Shown here piece by piece: positions 26,301-37,879 of a stretch of 64,000 bases of DNA. A program made the translations under genes and the position numbers. How positions within the stretch are numbered: position 1 is the first letter of the stretch; every line of letters starts with the position of its first letter. The notes under the pieces were generated by a model. That model saw nothing but the letters and a program-made list of their open reading frames with translations. It was not told the DNA's origin and ran no database searches. The stretch is from assembly GCA_038087875.1 (NCBI GenBank), contig JAXLNO010000600.1, positions 186,001 through 250,000 of the forward strand. Reading direction: 5' to 3'. This DNA is from Malacoraja senta (lineage: Eukaryota).

Positions 26301-28515
26301 ATATCTCCTGTGCTCCCTGTGAATAGGTACCGTGTAGTATGCATCTTTAAGATCGATGCATGCCATATAGCCACCTTCAGAAATCATTTGGATGGCAGTG
26401 CCAAAATTATCCATTTTGAAATGTTTATACTGCACAAAAGAGTTGAGTTCAGTCAAGTCTAGGATAATACGAACTCCTCCATCCTTTTTCTGCTTGGTTA
26501 AAATATTGGATACAAATTGGTGAGGTTCCGGATGCGACCTCTCAATGACCTCTTTATTGGATAGAATTTGGATTTCAGCTTGTATATCCAAACTCTCCTG
26601 GTGTGAAAACACATGTGTGCGGTTTGGTTAATGTTGTGTGGGTGGTAATGAGTCAATAATGAACTCAATTTTGAACCCTCGTATACTGTGCAGTATAAAC
26701 GGATCCGCTGTGACCCAACACCATTCATTCAAGAAATGTTGCAACCTTCCCCCAACCGGTGCGTGGGGCATGTGTAAGGTGTTCCACAAGGAACTAGGTA
26801 GACCTACCTCAGTTGTTACTGGCGGCGTGGTGCTGATTTTCGTTCTTGAGGCTTGGGAAGTAGAGCTGGTGGTGGGTGCCCCCTGTGCATCCTTGCCATG
26901 GGTCGGCTGGGGCCCACCCCTAAAAAAGACCTCGATGCCTCCAGTTCGGGTCTTCCACCAGTTCCGGTGCCCCTAGGCTGGTGTGGCCTGGTGCTGTAAG
27001 GTGCGTAGGGGTGAGTCCGGTATGATGAGCCCCTGGGTGTGGTTTGGGCTCTACTCATGAGGCGGATGGCCTTCGCCTCATCGTCCAGCCCGGACCTGCT
27101 TTGGCAGATCTTCCCCAAACAGATAATTGGCCGGCTGGACGTTGCTGGCCTTGCACAGCACAGCAAACTTGGGGTTTAGCGCCGGCCGGATTGCGTTTTT
27201 GCGCAAGCAATTGATTTCAAAGTGAGCATTACAGAGTAATGCCACTGCGTTCTGTTGAGTATCGGTCAGTAGTTCCCCATCTACTGACCTTGCAAAGGCC
27301 GTTATGCCAGAGGCCAGCAACTTCAGGACTTTCTGGAGTTTTATCTCCTGGGCTCTTACACCCGCTCCAATATGACCCCAGATGGAGTGGTTTACGGCTG
27401 GCACATTGAGGGAGGCAGTTAGCTGGAGAGGGGTACCTGTTGGTGGTTTCTTCCATAGTTAATTCTTTTAGTTGGTGAGTGGCCAAATAATTAATATTGT
27501 TGGCCAGGTCTTCATCCAGGGGTGCTCCTAATGGAGAGGTAATGGCAAATCTGGATGCCAAAAGTGGCACTTCAGAACCGTGCCCCTGGGAATGCTCACC
27601 TTCTGTGCCCCCAAATTCGGAGTCAGTCAAAAACTGACCCGGTGTACTCCCTCCTCCAGTGAGGGAGACATTTTGCAGCCCCATGTATGAAGCCGCTCTC
27701 GCGGGCTGCTGCGAAGACCCGTGTTAATACTGCTCCCTCCTACGGAGCAGATCACTCTGGAGCCACCTCTCCATTAGGTGCTCCATGTGGGTAAGTCGTC
27801 CGTGGACGCTACCCAATGAAGGAGGGGATCCCTCCTGGCCCGACTCATCTGAGTCAACGGGCCTTGCGGATTTCCGTGTGGCCTTGCGCCCCTGCGGGAC
27901 CGCCACGGTGCTTTCCTCGGGACCGGGTCTGCTGTCGCTGGCTCCACCGCCAGCGACAAGGTCGGTGGTGTAGACAGTCGGCCGCTACCCGCATTCCCGC
28001 GGTCTTCGGTAGCCGGCTTCCCCACAGACCGTCTCCTCACTTTGGACATTGCTGGGTCCAACTTGTTGAAAAAACAAGGTTTAACGAACCCGCCAAAACC
28101 ACTGCAGAGTAGGTTTTAGAAACACTTACATAGAAACATAGTAAATAGGTACTGGAGTAGGCCATTCGGCCCTTCGGGCCTGCACCGCCATTCAATATGA
28201 TCATGGCTGATCATCCAACTCAGTATCCTGTACCTGCCTTCTCTCCATACCCCCTGATCCCTTTAGCCACAAGGGCCACATCTAACTCACTCTTAAATAT
28301 AGCCAATGAACTGGCCTCAACTACATTCTGTGGCAGAGAATTCCACAGATTCACCACTCTCTGTGTAAAACTTACCTGCAGTTCTTAAAACTTACCGCTG
28401 GAAGGACGCTGCGCGCCTGCTAGTCAGTCGTTGGCGCATGCTTCAGACGTAATGACGGCAATGCGGACTGACGTCCCTTCTTCACGTAGTCCCTCACGTG
28501 ACTCCGAAATAAAAT
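23389..28515 (-). mobile_element. DIRS1-like tyrosine-recombinase retrotransposon, structurally complete, ORFs partly frameshifted
   Basis: gag-like 26816-28061; RT/RNase H 25368-26612 (IDLKDAY, YLDD, TDAS); methyltransferase-like remnant 24876-25331 (DLFASRLN, VVPDWPTQYWF); YR 23905-24888 (TAQRV, HSTRAAS, AGW, FHRFY). ITRs and ICR are visible. Confidence 0.93.
23905..24888 (-). CDS. DIRS tyrosine recombinase ORF (open, 327 aa as tracked)
   Basis: Catalytic R...HxxR...W...Y pattern: AQRV, SHSTRAAS, AAGW, FHRFYNK. Confidence 0.85.
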   Translation of the reverse strand: MQILRGPYLGLGLSKRNVDVMTAAWRDSTQKQYVSHIKKWEMFCSVSNISYNTARITDVLEFLSALYYDQKLSYSAINSARSALSSYLMLGSGHQTVGTHPLITRFMKGIFNSIPPRPQYTDIWDVSVVLTLLRQWAPAPSLPSSKLTLKVVMLMALVTAQRVQTLLKLRLDFMTTNVNIITFFIEGLIKQSRPVVPGLKIEFLAYPEDPRLCVVTHLRHYIKVTKDLRGSEQSVLISYKKPHHKVSAQTISRWLKEVLASAGVNIDTFKSHSTRAASTSAARAMDVPLENILAAAGWANERIFHRFYNKPIAGPGVFARTILNSVL

Positions 28516-29840
28516 TCCACAGGTTCACCACCCTCTGACTAAAGAAGTTCCTCCTCACCTCTTTTATAAAAAAACTTCCTTTATTTCTGAGGCTGTGACC
28601 TCTGGTCCTAGACTCTCCCACTAGTGTAAACATCCTCTCCACATCCACTCTATCCAGGCCTTTCACTATTCGGTAAGTTTCAATGAGGTCCTAGGGGAAT
28701 AAGGGGTAGTCCATGTAGGACTGAGATGAGGAAAAACTTTTTCACCCAGAGAGTTGTGAATCTGTGGAATTCTCTGCCACAGAAGGCAGTGGAGGCCAAT
28801 TCACTGGATGTTTTCAAGAGTTAGATTTAGCTCTTAAGGTTAACGGAATCAAGGGATATGGGGAGAAAGCAGGAACGGGGTACTGATTTTGGATGAACAG
28901 CCATGATCATATTGCGGCACGGTGGCGCAGCGGTAGAGTTGCTGCCTTACAGCACTTGCAGCACCAGAGACCCGGGTTCGGGCGATGTCTGTACAGAGTT
29001 TGTATGTTCTCCCCATGACCTCGTGGGTTTTCTCCGAGATCTTCGGTTTCCTCCCACACTCCAAAGACGTACAGGTTTGTAGGTTAATTGGCTTGGCATA
29101 TGTGTAAAAAATTGTCCCTAGTATGTGTAGAATGGTGTTAATGTGCGGGGATCACTGGTCGGCACAGACCCGATGGGCCGAAGGGCCTGTTTCCGTGCTG
29201 TATCTCTAAACTGAATGACGGTGCTGGCTCAAAGGGCCGAATGGCCCACTCCAACATCTATTTTCTATGTTGGATGTTTCTATGTGGCCCCTGGTTCTGG
29301 ACTCCCCCAACATCGGGAACATTTTTCCTGCATCTAGCCTGACCAATCCCTTAAGATTGTATATGTTTCTCTAAGAGTCCCTCTCATCCTTCTAAATTCC
29401 AATGAATGCAAGCCCAAGTCGACCCATTCTTTCATCATACGCTAGTCCCTCTACCCCTCCCCTTCTCCCCCCCCCCCCCCCCTCATTGAATGAATGAATG
29501 GTTTATTGGGACATGCAATGAGTCACAGTGGAATTCTGTTTTGAATAACCAGGGCGTGCAAAGATGGGGTACTGATTGTGGATGATCAGCCATGATCACA
29601 TTGAAAGGTGGTGCTGGCTCGAAGGGCCAAATGGCCAACTCCTGCACCTATTGTCTATTGTCTATTGCTGGAAAAATCGAATGTAGACAAAAATGCTGGA
29701 GAAACTCAGCGGGTGAAGCAGCATCTGTGGAGCGAAGGAATAGGTGACATCGCCTATTCCTTCAAGACACAAGGGTCTCGACCCGAAAAGTCACCTTTTC
29801 CTTCAAGACACAAGGGTCTCGACCCGAAACGTCGCCTATT

Positions 29841-32368
29841 CAACACTGTGCAACTTGAATCAGGAGTTAAAATTAGCATGTAACAAAGGTAATGTTACGG
29901 TGGTTATGGGAGATTTCAACATGCAGGTAGACTTGGAAAATCAGGTTGGTACTGGACCCCAAGAAAGGGACTTTATAGAGTACCTCCGAGATGGATTCTT
30001 AGAGCAGCTTGTACTGGAGCCTACCAGGGAGAAGGCAATTCTGGATTTAGTGTTGTCTAACAAACCGGATTTGATCAGGGGACTTAAGGTAAAGGAACCA
30101 TTAGGAGGTAATGACCATAACATAAGTTTAAATCTGCAATTTGAGAGGGAGTCGGTAAAATCGGAAGTGTCAATATTGCAGTTGAACAAAGGGGACTATG
30201 TTGGCATGAGGGAGGAGCTGGCCAAAGTTGACTGGAAAGATACCCGAGCAAGGATGACAGTCGAACAACAATGGCAGGTGTTTCTGGGAATAATACAGAA
30301 GATGCAGGATCAGTTCATTCCAAAGAGAAAGAAAGATTCTAAGGGGAGAAAGAGGCGACCGTGGCTGACAAGGGACGTCAGAAATAAAAGAGTAGAAGTA
30401 TAACATAGCAAAGATGAGCGGGAAGCCAGAGGTTTGGGCAACTTTTAAAGATCAACAGAATGTAAATAAAAAGGCAATACAGAGAGAAAAGATGAAGTAT
30501 GAAGGTAAGTTAGCCAAGAATATAAAGGAGGATAGTAAAAGTTTCTTTAGGTATGTGAAGAGGAAAAAAATAGTTAAGACCAAAGTTGGACCCTTGAGGA
30601 CAGAAACAGGTGAATTTATTATGGAGAACAAGGAAATGGCAGATGAGTTGAACAGGTACTTTGGATCTGTAGGTACACAAAAATGCTGGAGAAACTCAGC
30701 GGGTGCAGCAGCATCTATGGAGCGAAGGAAATAGGCAACGTTTCGGGCCGAAACCCTTCCTCAGACTATACTTTGGATCTGTCTTCACTAAGGAAGACAC
30801 AAACAATCTTCCTGATATAGTAGTGGACAGAGGATCTGGGGTGACGGAGGAACGGCAGGAAATGGTGTTGGATAGACTGATGAGACTGAAAGCTGATAAA
30901 TCCCCAGGGTCTGATGGTCTGCATCCCAGGCTACTTAAGGAAGTGGCTCTAGAAATCGTGGATGCATTTTCCAATGTTCTATAGATTCAGGATCAGTTCC
31001 TGTGGATTGAAGGGTAGCTAATGTTATCCCACTTTTCAAGAAAGGAGGAAGAGAGAAAGCAGGGAATTATAGGCCAGTTAGCCTGACATCGGTGGTGGGG
31101 AAGATGCTGGAGTCAACTATAAAAGATGAAATAGCAGCACATTTGGATAGCAGTAACAGGATCGGGTCCGAGTAAGCATGGATTTACCAAATCATGTTTG
31201 ACAAATCTTCTGGAATATTGAGGATGTAACAAGTAAAATGGACAAGTGAGAGCCAGTGGATGTAGTGTACCTGGACTTTCAGAAAGCATTTGATAAGGTC
31301 CCACATAGGAGATTAGTGGGCAAAATTAGGGCACATGGTATTGGGGGTAGAGTGCTGACATGGATAGAAAATTGGTTGGCAGACAGGAAACAAAGAGTAG
31401 GGATTAACGGGTCCCTTTCAGAATGGCAGGCAGTGATTAGTGGGGTGCCGCAAGGCTTGGTGCTGGGACCCCAGCTATTTACAATGTACATCAATGATTG
31501 AGATGAAGGGATTCAAAGTAACATTAGCAAATTTGCAGATGACACAAAGCTGGGTGGCAGTGTGAACTGTGAGGAGATTTAGATAATGTGAGGTTATCCA
31601 CTTTGGAGGCAAGATCGGGAAGGCAGATTATTATCTGAATGGTGTCAAGTTGGGAAAAGGGGAAGTACAATGAGACATGGGTGTCCTAGTACATCAGTCA
31701 CTGAAAGTAAGCATACATGTACAGTCGGCAGTGAAAAAAGCGAATGGCATATTAGCCTTTGTACGAGAGGAGTTGAGTGTACGAGCAAAGAGGTCCTTCT
31801 GCAGTTGTACGGGGCCCTGGTGAGACCACACCTGGAGTATTGTGTGCAGTTTTGTCTCCTAAATTGAGGAAGGATATTCTTGCTATGGAAGGAGTGCAGC
31901 GTAGGTTCACCTGGTTAATTCCCGGGATGGCAGATAATGAAAGAATGGAGCGGCTGGGCTTGTATTCACTGGAATTTAGAAGGAGAGGGTGTCTTACAGA
32001 AACCATATAAAATTATTAAGTGATTGCACACGCTAGATGCAGGAAACATGTTCCCGATGTTGGGGGAGTCCAGAACCAGGGGCCACAGTTTAAGAATAAG
32101 GGTTAGGCCATTTAGAACGGACACGAGGAAAAACTTTTTCACAGAGAGTTGTGAGTTTGTGGAATTCTCTGCCACAGATGGCAATGGAGGCCGATTCACT
32201 GGATGCATTCAAAAGAGAGTTAGATAGAGCTCTTGAGGCTAGCGGAATCAACGGCTATGGGGAGAATGCAGGAACGGGGTACTGATTGTAGATGATCAGC
32301 CATGATCACATTGAATGGTGGTGCTGGCTCGAAGGGCCTATTGGCCTGCTCCTGCACCTAATTGTCTA
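29841..32368 (+). mobile_element. Long degenerate CR1 LINE (endonuclease and RT remnants)
   Basis: VVMGDFN, PTREKAILDLVL, KSPGSDGLHPR, VYLDFQKAFDKVPH, GVPQG and CR1 3' end. Interrupted at 30671-30768 by a Penelope-derived arm with a 14-bp TSD. Confidence 0.9.
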
Positions 32369-32379
32369 TGTATAAAAAA

Positions 32380-32935
32380 GAAGTGCAGATGCTGGTTTAA
32401 AATCGAAGGTAGACACAAAATGCTGGAGTCTCAGCGGGACAGGCAGCATCTCTGGAGAGAAGGAATGGGCAACGTTTCGGGTCGAGACCCTTCTTCAGAC
32501 TGATGTCAGGGGAGGGGGCGGGATAAAGATAGAATGTAGTCGTATTGGTGGGATAACTGGGATGGGGATGGAGAGAGAAAGCAAGGGCTATCTGAAGTTA
32601 GAGAAGTCAGTGTTCATACCGCTGGGGTGTAAACTACCCAAGCAAAATATGAGGTGCTGTTCCTCCAATTTGCGCTGTGCCTCACTCTGACAATGGAGGA
32701 GGCCGAGGACAGAAAGGTCAGATTGAGAATGGGAGGGGGAGTTGAAGTGCTGGGCCACCGGGAGATCAGGTCTGAGCGGAGGTGTTCAGCGAAATGATCG
32801 CCGATCCTGCGCTTGGTCTCGCCGATGTAGAGAAGTTGATATCTGGAACAGTGGATACAGGAGATGAGGTTGGAGGAGGTGCAAGTGAACCTCTGCCTCA
32901 CCTGGAAAGACTGTTTGGGATGGAGTCGAGGGGGG
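32380..32935 (-). mobile_element. Penelope-like element 3' fragment (GIY-YIG and pLTR)
   Basis: ORF 32614-32901 RFTCTSSNLISCIHCSRYQLLYIGETKR, followed by CTGAAGA-stem-GAAACGTT hammerhead-like core at about 32470-32500. Confidence 0.8.
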
Positions 32936-32948
32936 CGGGGGAGGTCTA

Positions 32949-33161
<213 letters not shown>

Positions 33162-34486
33162 TCAGGCAAGGAGCGCCAGGTGCTGCTTTACACCGAAGAC
33201 GGACACAAACAAGGTCATCAGTGATAGGAGCAGAATTAGGCCATTCGGCCCATATAGTCTAGTCCGCCATTCGATCATGGCTGATCTATCTCTTCCTCCC
33301 AACCCCATTCTCCTGCCTTCTCCCCATCACCTCTGACACCCTTACTAATCAAGAATCTATCTTTGTCTTACAAACACCCATTGACTTGGCCTCCACAGCC
33401 TTCTGTGGTATAGAACGCCACAGATTCACCGCCCGACTGTACACCTCAACGGTATGAACATTGAATTCTCCAATTTTCAGGTAGTCCCTGCTTTCTCCCT
33501 CCCCTTCCCAGCTCTCCCAGTCTACTGTCTCCGCCTCTTCCTTTGTTTTCCCGCTCCCCTCCCACATCAGTCGACCCCCATCTCGACCAAAAAACGTCGC
33601 CTATTCCTTCGCTCCATAGATGCTGCCTCACCCGCTGAGTTTCTCCAGCATTTTGTCTCCCAAAGAAATTCCTTCTCATCTCCTTACTACAGGAACGTCC
33701 TTTAATTCTGAGGCTATGACCTCTAGTCCTAGAGTCTCCCACTAGTGGAAATATCCTCTCCACATCCACTCCATCCTAGAAGCTGGAGTAACTCAGCGAG
33801 ACAGGCAGCATCTGTGGAGAACATGGATAGGTGATGCAGTTCAGTCTGAAGAAGGATCCTGACCCAAAACATCACCTATCCAGATTCTCCAGCGCAAGTT
33901 ACATAAACCTTCGCGCTTGAGTTGGTTTGGTCGAGATTCGTCAGACAAAATCATGAGATTCTCCCCGTGACTTGCGTGGGTTTCCTCCGGGTGCTCCGGT
34001 TTCCTCCCACACTCCAAAGACGTGCAGGCTTGTAGGTTAATTGGCTTCGGTCTAAGTGTAAATTGTCCCTAGTGTGTGTAGGATAGTGTTAGCGTGCGGG
34101 GATCGCTGGTCGGTGCGGACTCGGTGGGCCGAAGGGCCTGTTTCGGCGCTGTATCTCTAAACTAAACTAAACAAAACATGAAGATAGACAAAAGTGCTGG
34201 AGAAACTCAGCGGGTGCGGCAGCATCTATGGAGCGAAGGAAATAGACAACGTTCTGGGCCGAAACCCTTCCTCAGACATTTTGGCCCGAAACGTCGCCTA
34301 TTTCCTTCGCTCCATAGATGCTGCTGCACCCGCTGAGTTTCTCCAGCACTTTTGTCTTCCTTTGATTTTCCAGCATCTGCAGTTCCTTCTTAAATGAACC
34401 ATATATGATGAGCGTTCATCCCACACTCCAAAGTTGTGCAGGTTTGTAGGTTAATTGGCTTTGGTATAATTGTAAATTGTCCCTGG

Positions 34487-35002
<516 letters not shown>

Positions 35003-35056
35003 TCAGTGTGTGGACAGCAACAGCAGCAGCAGCAGCAGCACAGGCGGACTGGGCAG

Positions 35057-36016
35057 TACTGAGGGAGCACCGCACCCGGGGTGGTGGGGGGGGGGCAGTG
35101 AGGGAGGGAGCGCCTCGGGCAGTGAGGGAGCGCCGCACTGTGGGGGGAGGGGGGCAGTACTGAGGGAGCGCCGCACTGTGGGGGGAGGGGTGAGGGAGCG
35201 CCGCACTGTGGGGGGAGGGGTGAGGGAGCGCCGCACCGGGGGGGGAGAGGGAGCGCCGCACTGTGGGGGGAGGGGTGAGGGAGCGCCGCACTGTGGGGGG
35301 AGGGGTGAGGGAGCGCCGCACTGTGGGGGGGGGCAGTACTGAGGGAGCGCCGCACTGTGGGGGGAGGGGGGAGGGAGCGCCGCACTGTGGGGGGAGGGGT
35401 GAGGGAGCGCCGCACTGTGGGGGGGGGGCAGTACTGAGGGAGCGCCGCACTGTGGGGGGAGGGGTGAGGGAGCGCCGCACTGTGGGGGGGGGGGCAGTAC
35501 TGAGGGAGCGCCGCACTGTGGGGGGAGGGGTGAGGGAGCGCCGCACTGTGGGGGGGGGCAGTACTGAGGGAGCGCCGCACTGTGGGGGGAGGGGGGAGGG
35601 AGCGCCGCACTGTGGGGGGAGGGGGGAGGGAGCGCCGCACTGTGGGGGGAGGGGGGAGGGAGCGCCGCACTGTGGGGGGAGGGGTGAGGGAGCGCCGCAC
35701 TGTGGGGGGGGGGCAGTACTGAGGGAGCGCCGCACTGTGGGGGGAGGGGGGAGGGAGCGCCGCACTGTGGGGGGAGGGGTGAGGGAGCGCCGCACTGTGG
35801 GGGGGGGGCAGTACTGAGGGAGCGCCGCACTGTGGGGCCTTCATCCTCACCCCCCCCCCGGTGCGGCGCCGCGCTGAAGGGGGTGGGGGAGGGGAGCGGT
35901 GAGTGAGTGAGGGAGCGCCGCGCTGAAGGGGGTGGGGGAGGGGAGCGGTGAGTGAGTGAGGGAGCGCCGCGCTGAAGGGGGGGGGGGAGCAGTGAGTGAG
36001 TGAGGGAGCGCCGCAC
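35057..36016. repeat. G-rich minisatellite filling PECR intron 1 (about 25 units of about 30 bp, then about 3 units of about 50 bp)
   Basis: Unit GAGGGAGCGCCGCACTGTGGGGGGAGGGGT with variant GGGCAGTACT. Confidence 0.95.
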
Positions 36017-36104
36017 CCAGGGCCAGCAGCTGCGCCGACACCGCAGCCCCGATGCCGCTTCCGCCGCCCGTCACCACCGCAACCGCCGCCGCCGCCGCCG
36101 CCAT
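36017..36104 (-). CDS. PECR: PECR exon 1 coding part
   Basis: Strong Kozak GGCAAGATGG with an in-frame TGA 15 nt upstream. MAAAAAAVAVVTGGGSGIGAAVSAQLLAL contains the SDR TGxxxGIG motif. Donor G|GTGCGG, phase 1. The eight exons join to 879 nt in one frame. Confidence 0.92.
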
Positions 36105-36208
36105 CTTGCCCACGGGTCACGTGTCACTGCACGGGGGGGGGGGGGGGGGGGGCATCCCCGCTAATGAGGTCACTCCTGGCCTCATGAGGTCGCAGCTCAC
36201 TGCAAGTA

Positions 36209-36434
36209 TGCCCCTGTCCCACTTAAGAAACCTGAACGGAAACCTCTGGAGACTTTGCGCCCCACCCAAGGTTTCCGTGCGGTTCTCGGAGGTTGAAGGT
36301 GGTTGCCGGAGGTTGCAGGTAGTGGAAGCAGGTAGGGAGACTGACAAAAACCTCCGGGAACCGCACGGAAACCTTGGGTGGGGCGCAAAGTCTCCAGAGG
36401 TTTCCGTTCAGGTTTCCTAAGTGGGACAGGGGCA
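36209..36434. mobile_element. Harbinger-like MITE (near-perfect palindrome) about 105 bp upstream of the PECR ATG
   Basis: About 75-bp inverted arms starting TGCCCCTGTCCCACTTA. Shares the CTGTCCCACTT terminal motif with 11517-17547 and 51979-52642. Confidence 0.75.
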
Positions 36435-37406
36435 AAGTCACAAAGTAAGTTTATTGGCCAAGTGAAATTAAATGAATGAAATGCCGTTATTTGTCGTTGT
36501 GAGCACTGCATACAGCGAAATTGTTGTTGCCACTCCATTGGTGCATAATATACAAACATAAAAACACAGCACGCAATTTAAAAACAATGTTAAAAACTAG
36601 GTATTGAAATAAGTAAGTAATCAGTACCGTACATGGTGATAGTAAAAGTTCAAGGTGGGTAGCAGCATGGAAGAGTGCAGCATGAATAATACTCAGTGTT
36701 TTTTCACATACAAGGAATTTGCCTTGGTGCTCCGCCCACAAGTAACAACATGACATACAGTGACAGTTACGAATGACTCAGAAAACACTAAACATTAATA
36801 ATAATAAAACATTAATGATAAAACACCATTGATCAAGCATGTGAGCCAACAAAATACCAGATCAAAGGGAGGCTACAGGTTTTTGGCTGTTGAGTAGAGC
36901 AACTACTCGTGGATAAAAACTGTTTTCATGCCTGTACCGAGGGAATCCCCTCTGGTGAGGTGACAGGTCAAGAGTGTCCGGGCTTGTACACTCTGGTTTA
37001 GAAGAATGAGCGGGGATATTGTCGAAAACAATATAAAATTATTAAGGGTTTGGACACGCTAGAGGCAGGAAACATGTTCCCGATGTTTGGGGGAGTCCAG
37101 AACCAGGGGTCACACAGTTTAAGAATAAGGGGTAAGCCATTTAGAACTGAGATGAGGAAAAACTTTTTCACCCAGAGAGTTGTGAATCTGTGGAATTCTC
37201 CGCCTCAGAAGGCAATGGAGGCAGGTTCTCTGGATGTTTTCAAGAGAGAGTTAGATTTAGCTCTGAGAGCTAAAGGAATCAGGGGATATGGGGAGAAAGC
37301 AGGAACGGGGTACTGATTGGGGATGATCAGCCATGATCATATTGAATGGCTGTGCTGGCTCGAAGGGCCAAATGGCCTACTCCTGAACCTATTCTCTATG
37401 TTTCTA

Positions 37407-37450
37407 TGGTGAGGTTGTCCACGGCTGATCTTGCTGCTCCTGTGTGACTG
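37407..37450 (-). pseudogene. 44-bp ectopic copy of the 5' half of PECR exon 5 including its acceptor
   Basis: 42/44 identical to 20218-20261. Confidence 0.85.
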
Positions 37451-37517
37451 ACGGTGTCCCTGTAACGAGGGAATCAATAGACAATAGGTGCAGAAGTAGG
37501 CCATTCGGCCCCTCGAG

Positions 37518-37865
37518 TGAGGTCACAGGTTACTCTGTATTGAGGGATTCCCCTCGTGAGGTCACAGATCACTCTGCACTGAGGGAATCCCCTCTGACGA
37601 GGTCACAGGTCATTGTGTTTTGAGGGAATCCCCTCCTGGGGAAGTCACAGGTCAGCCTGCACTGAGGGAATCCCTCTGATGAGGTCACAGGTCATCCTGT
37701 ACTGAGGGAATCCCTCTGATGAGGTCACAGGTTATCCTGCACTAAGGGAATCCCTCTGATGAGGTCACAGGACATCCTGTACTGAGGGAATCCCCTCTAA
37801 CCAAGGTTACAGGTCAACTTGTATTGAGGGAATCGCCTTCAGTGGGATCGCAGGTCATCCTGTTC
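37518..37865. repeat. About 40-bp minisatellite (about 9 units, plus a detached unit near 36935-36970) with DR1 and kB-like motifs
   Basis: Unit about TGAGGTCACAGGTCATCCTGTACTGAGGGAATCCC(C)TCTGA. Confidence 0.9.
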
Positions 37866-37879
37866 TGAGAGGTGGGGGA

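Noticed and set aside
37518..37865. Regularly spaced repeats as a CRISPR array
   Set aside because: Contiguous tandem units with no unique spacers, no cas genes, and a vertebrate context.
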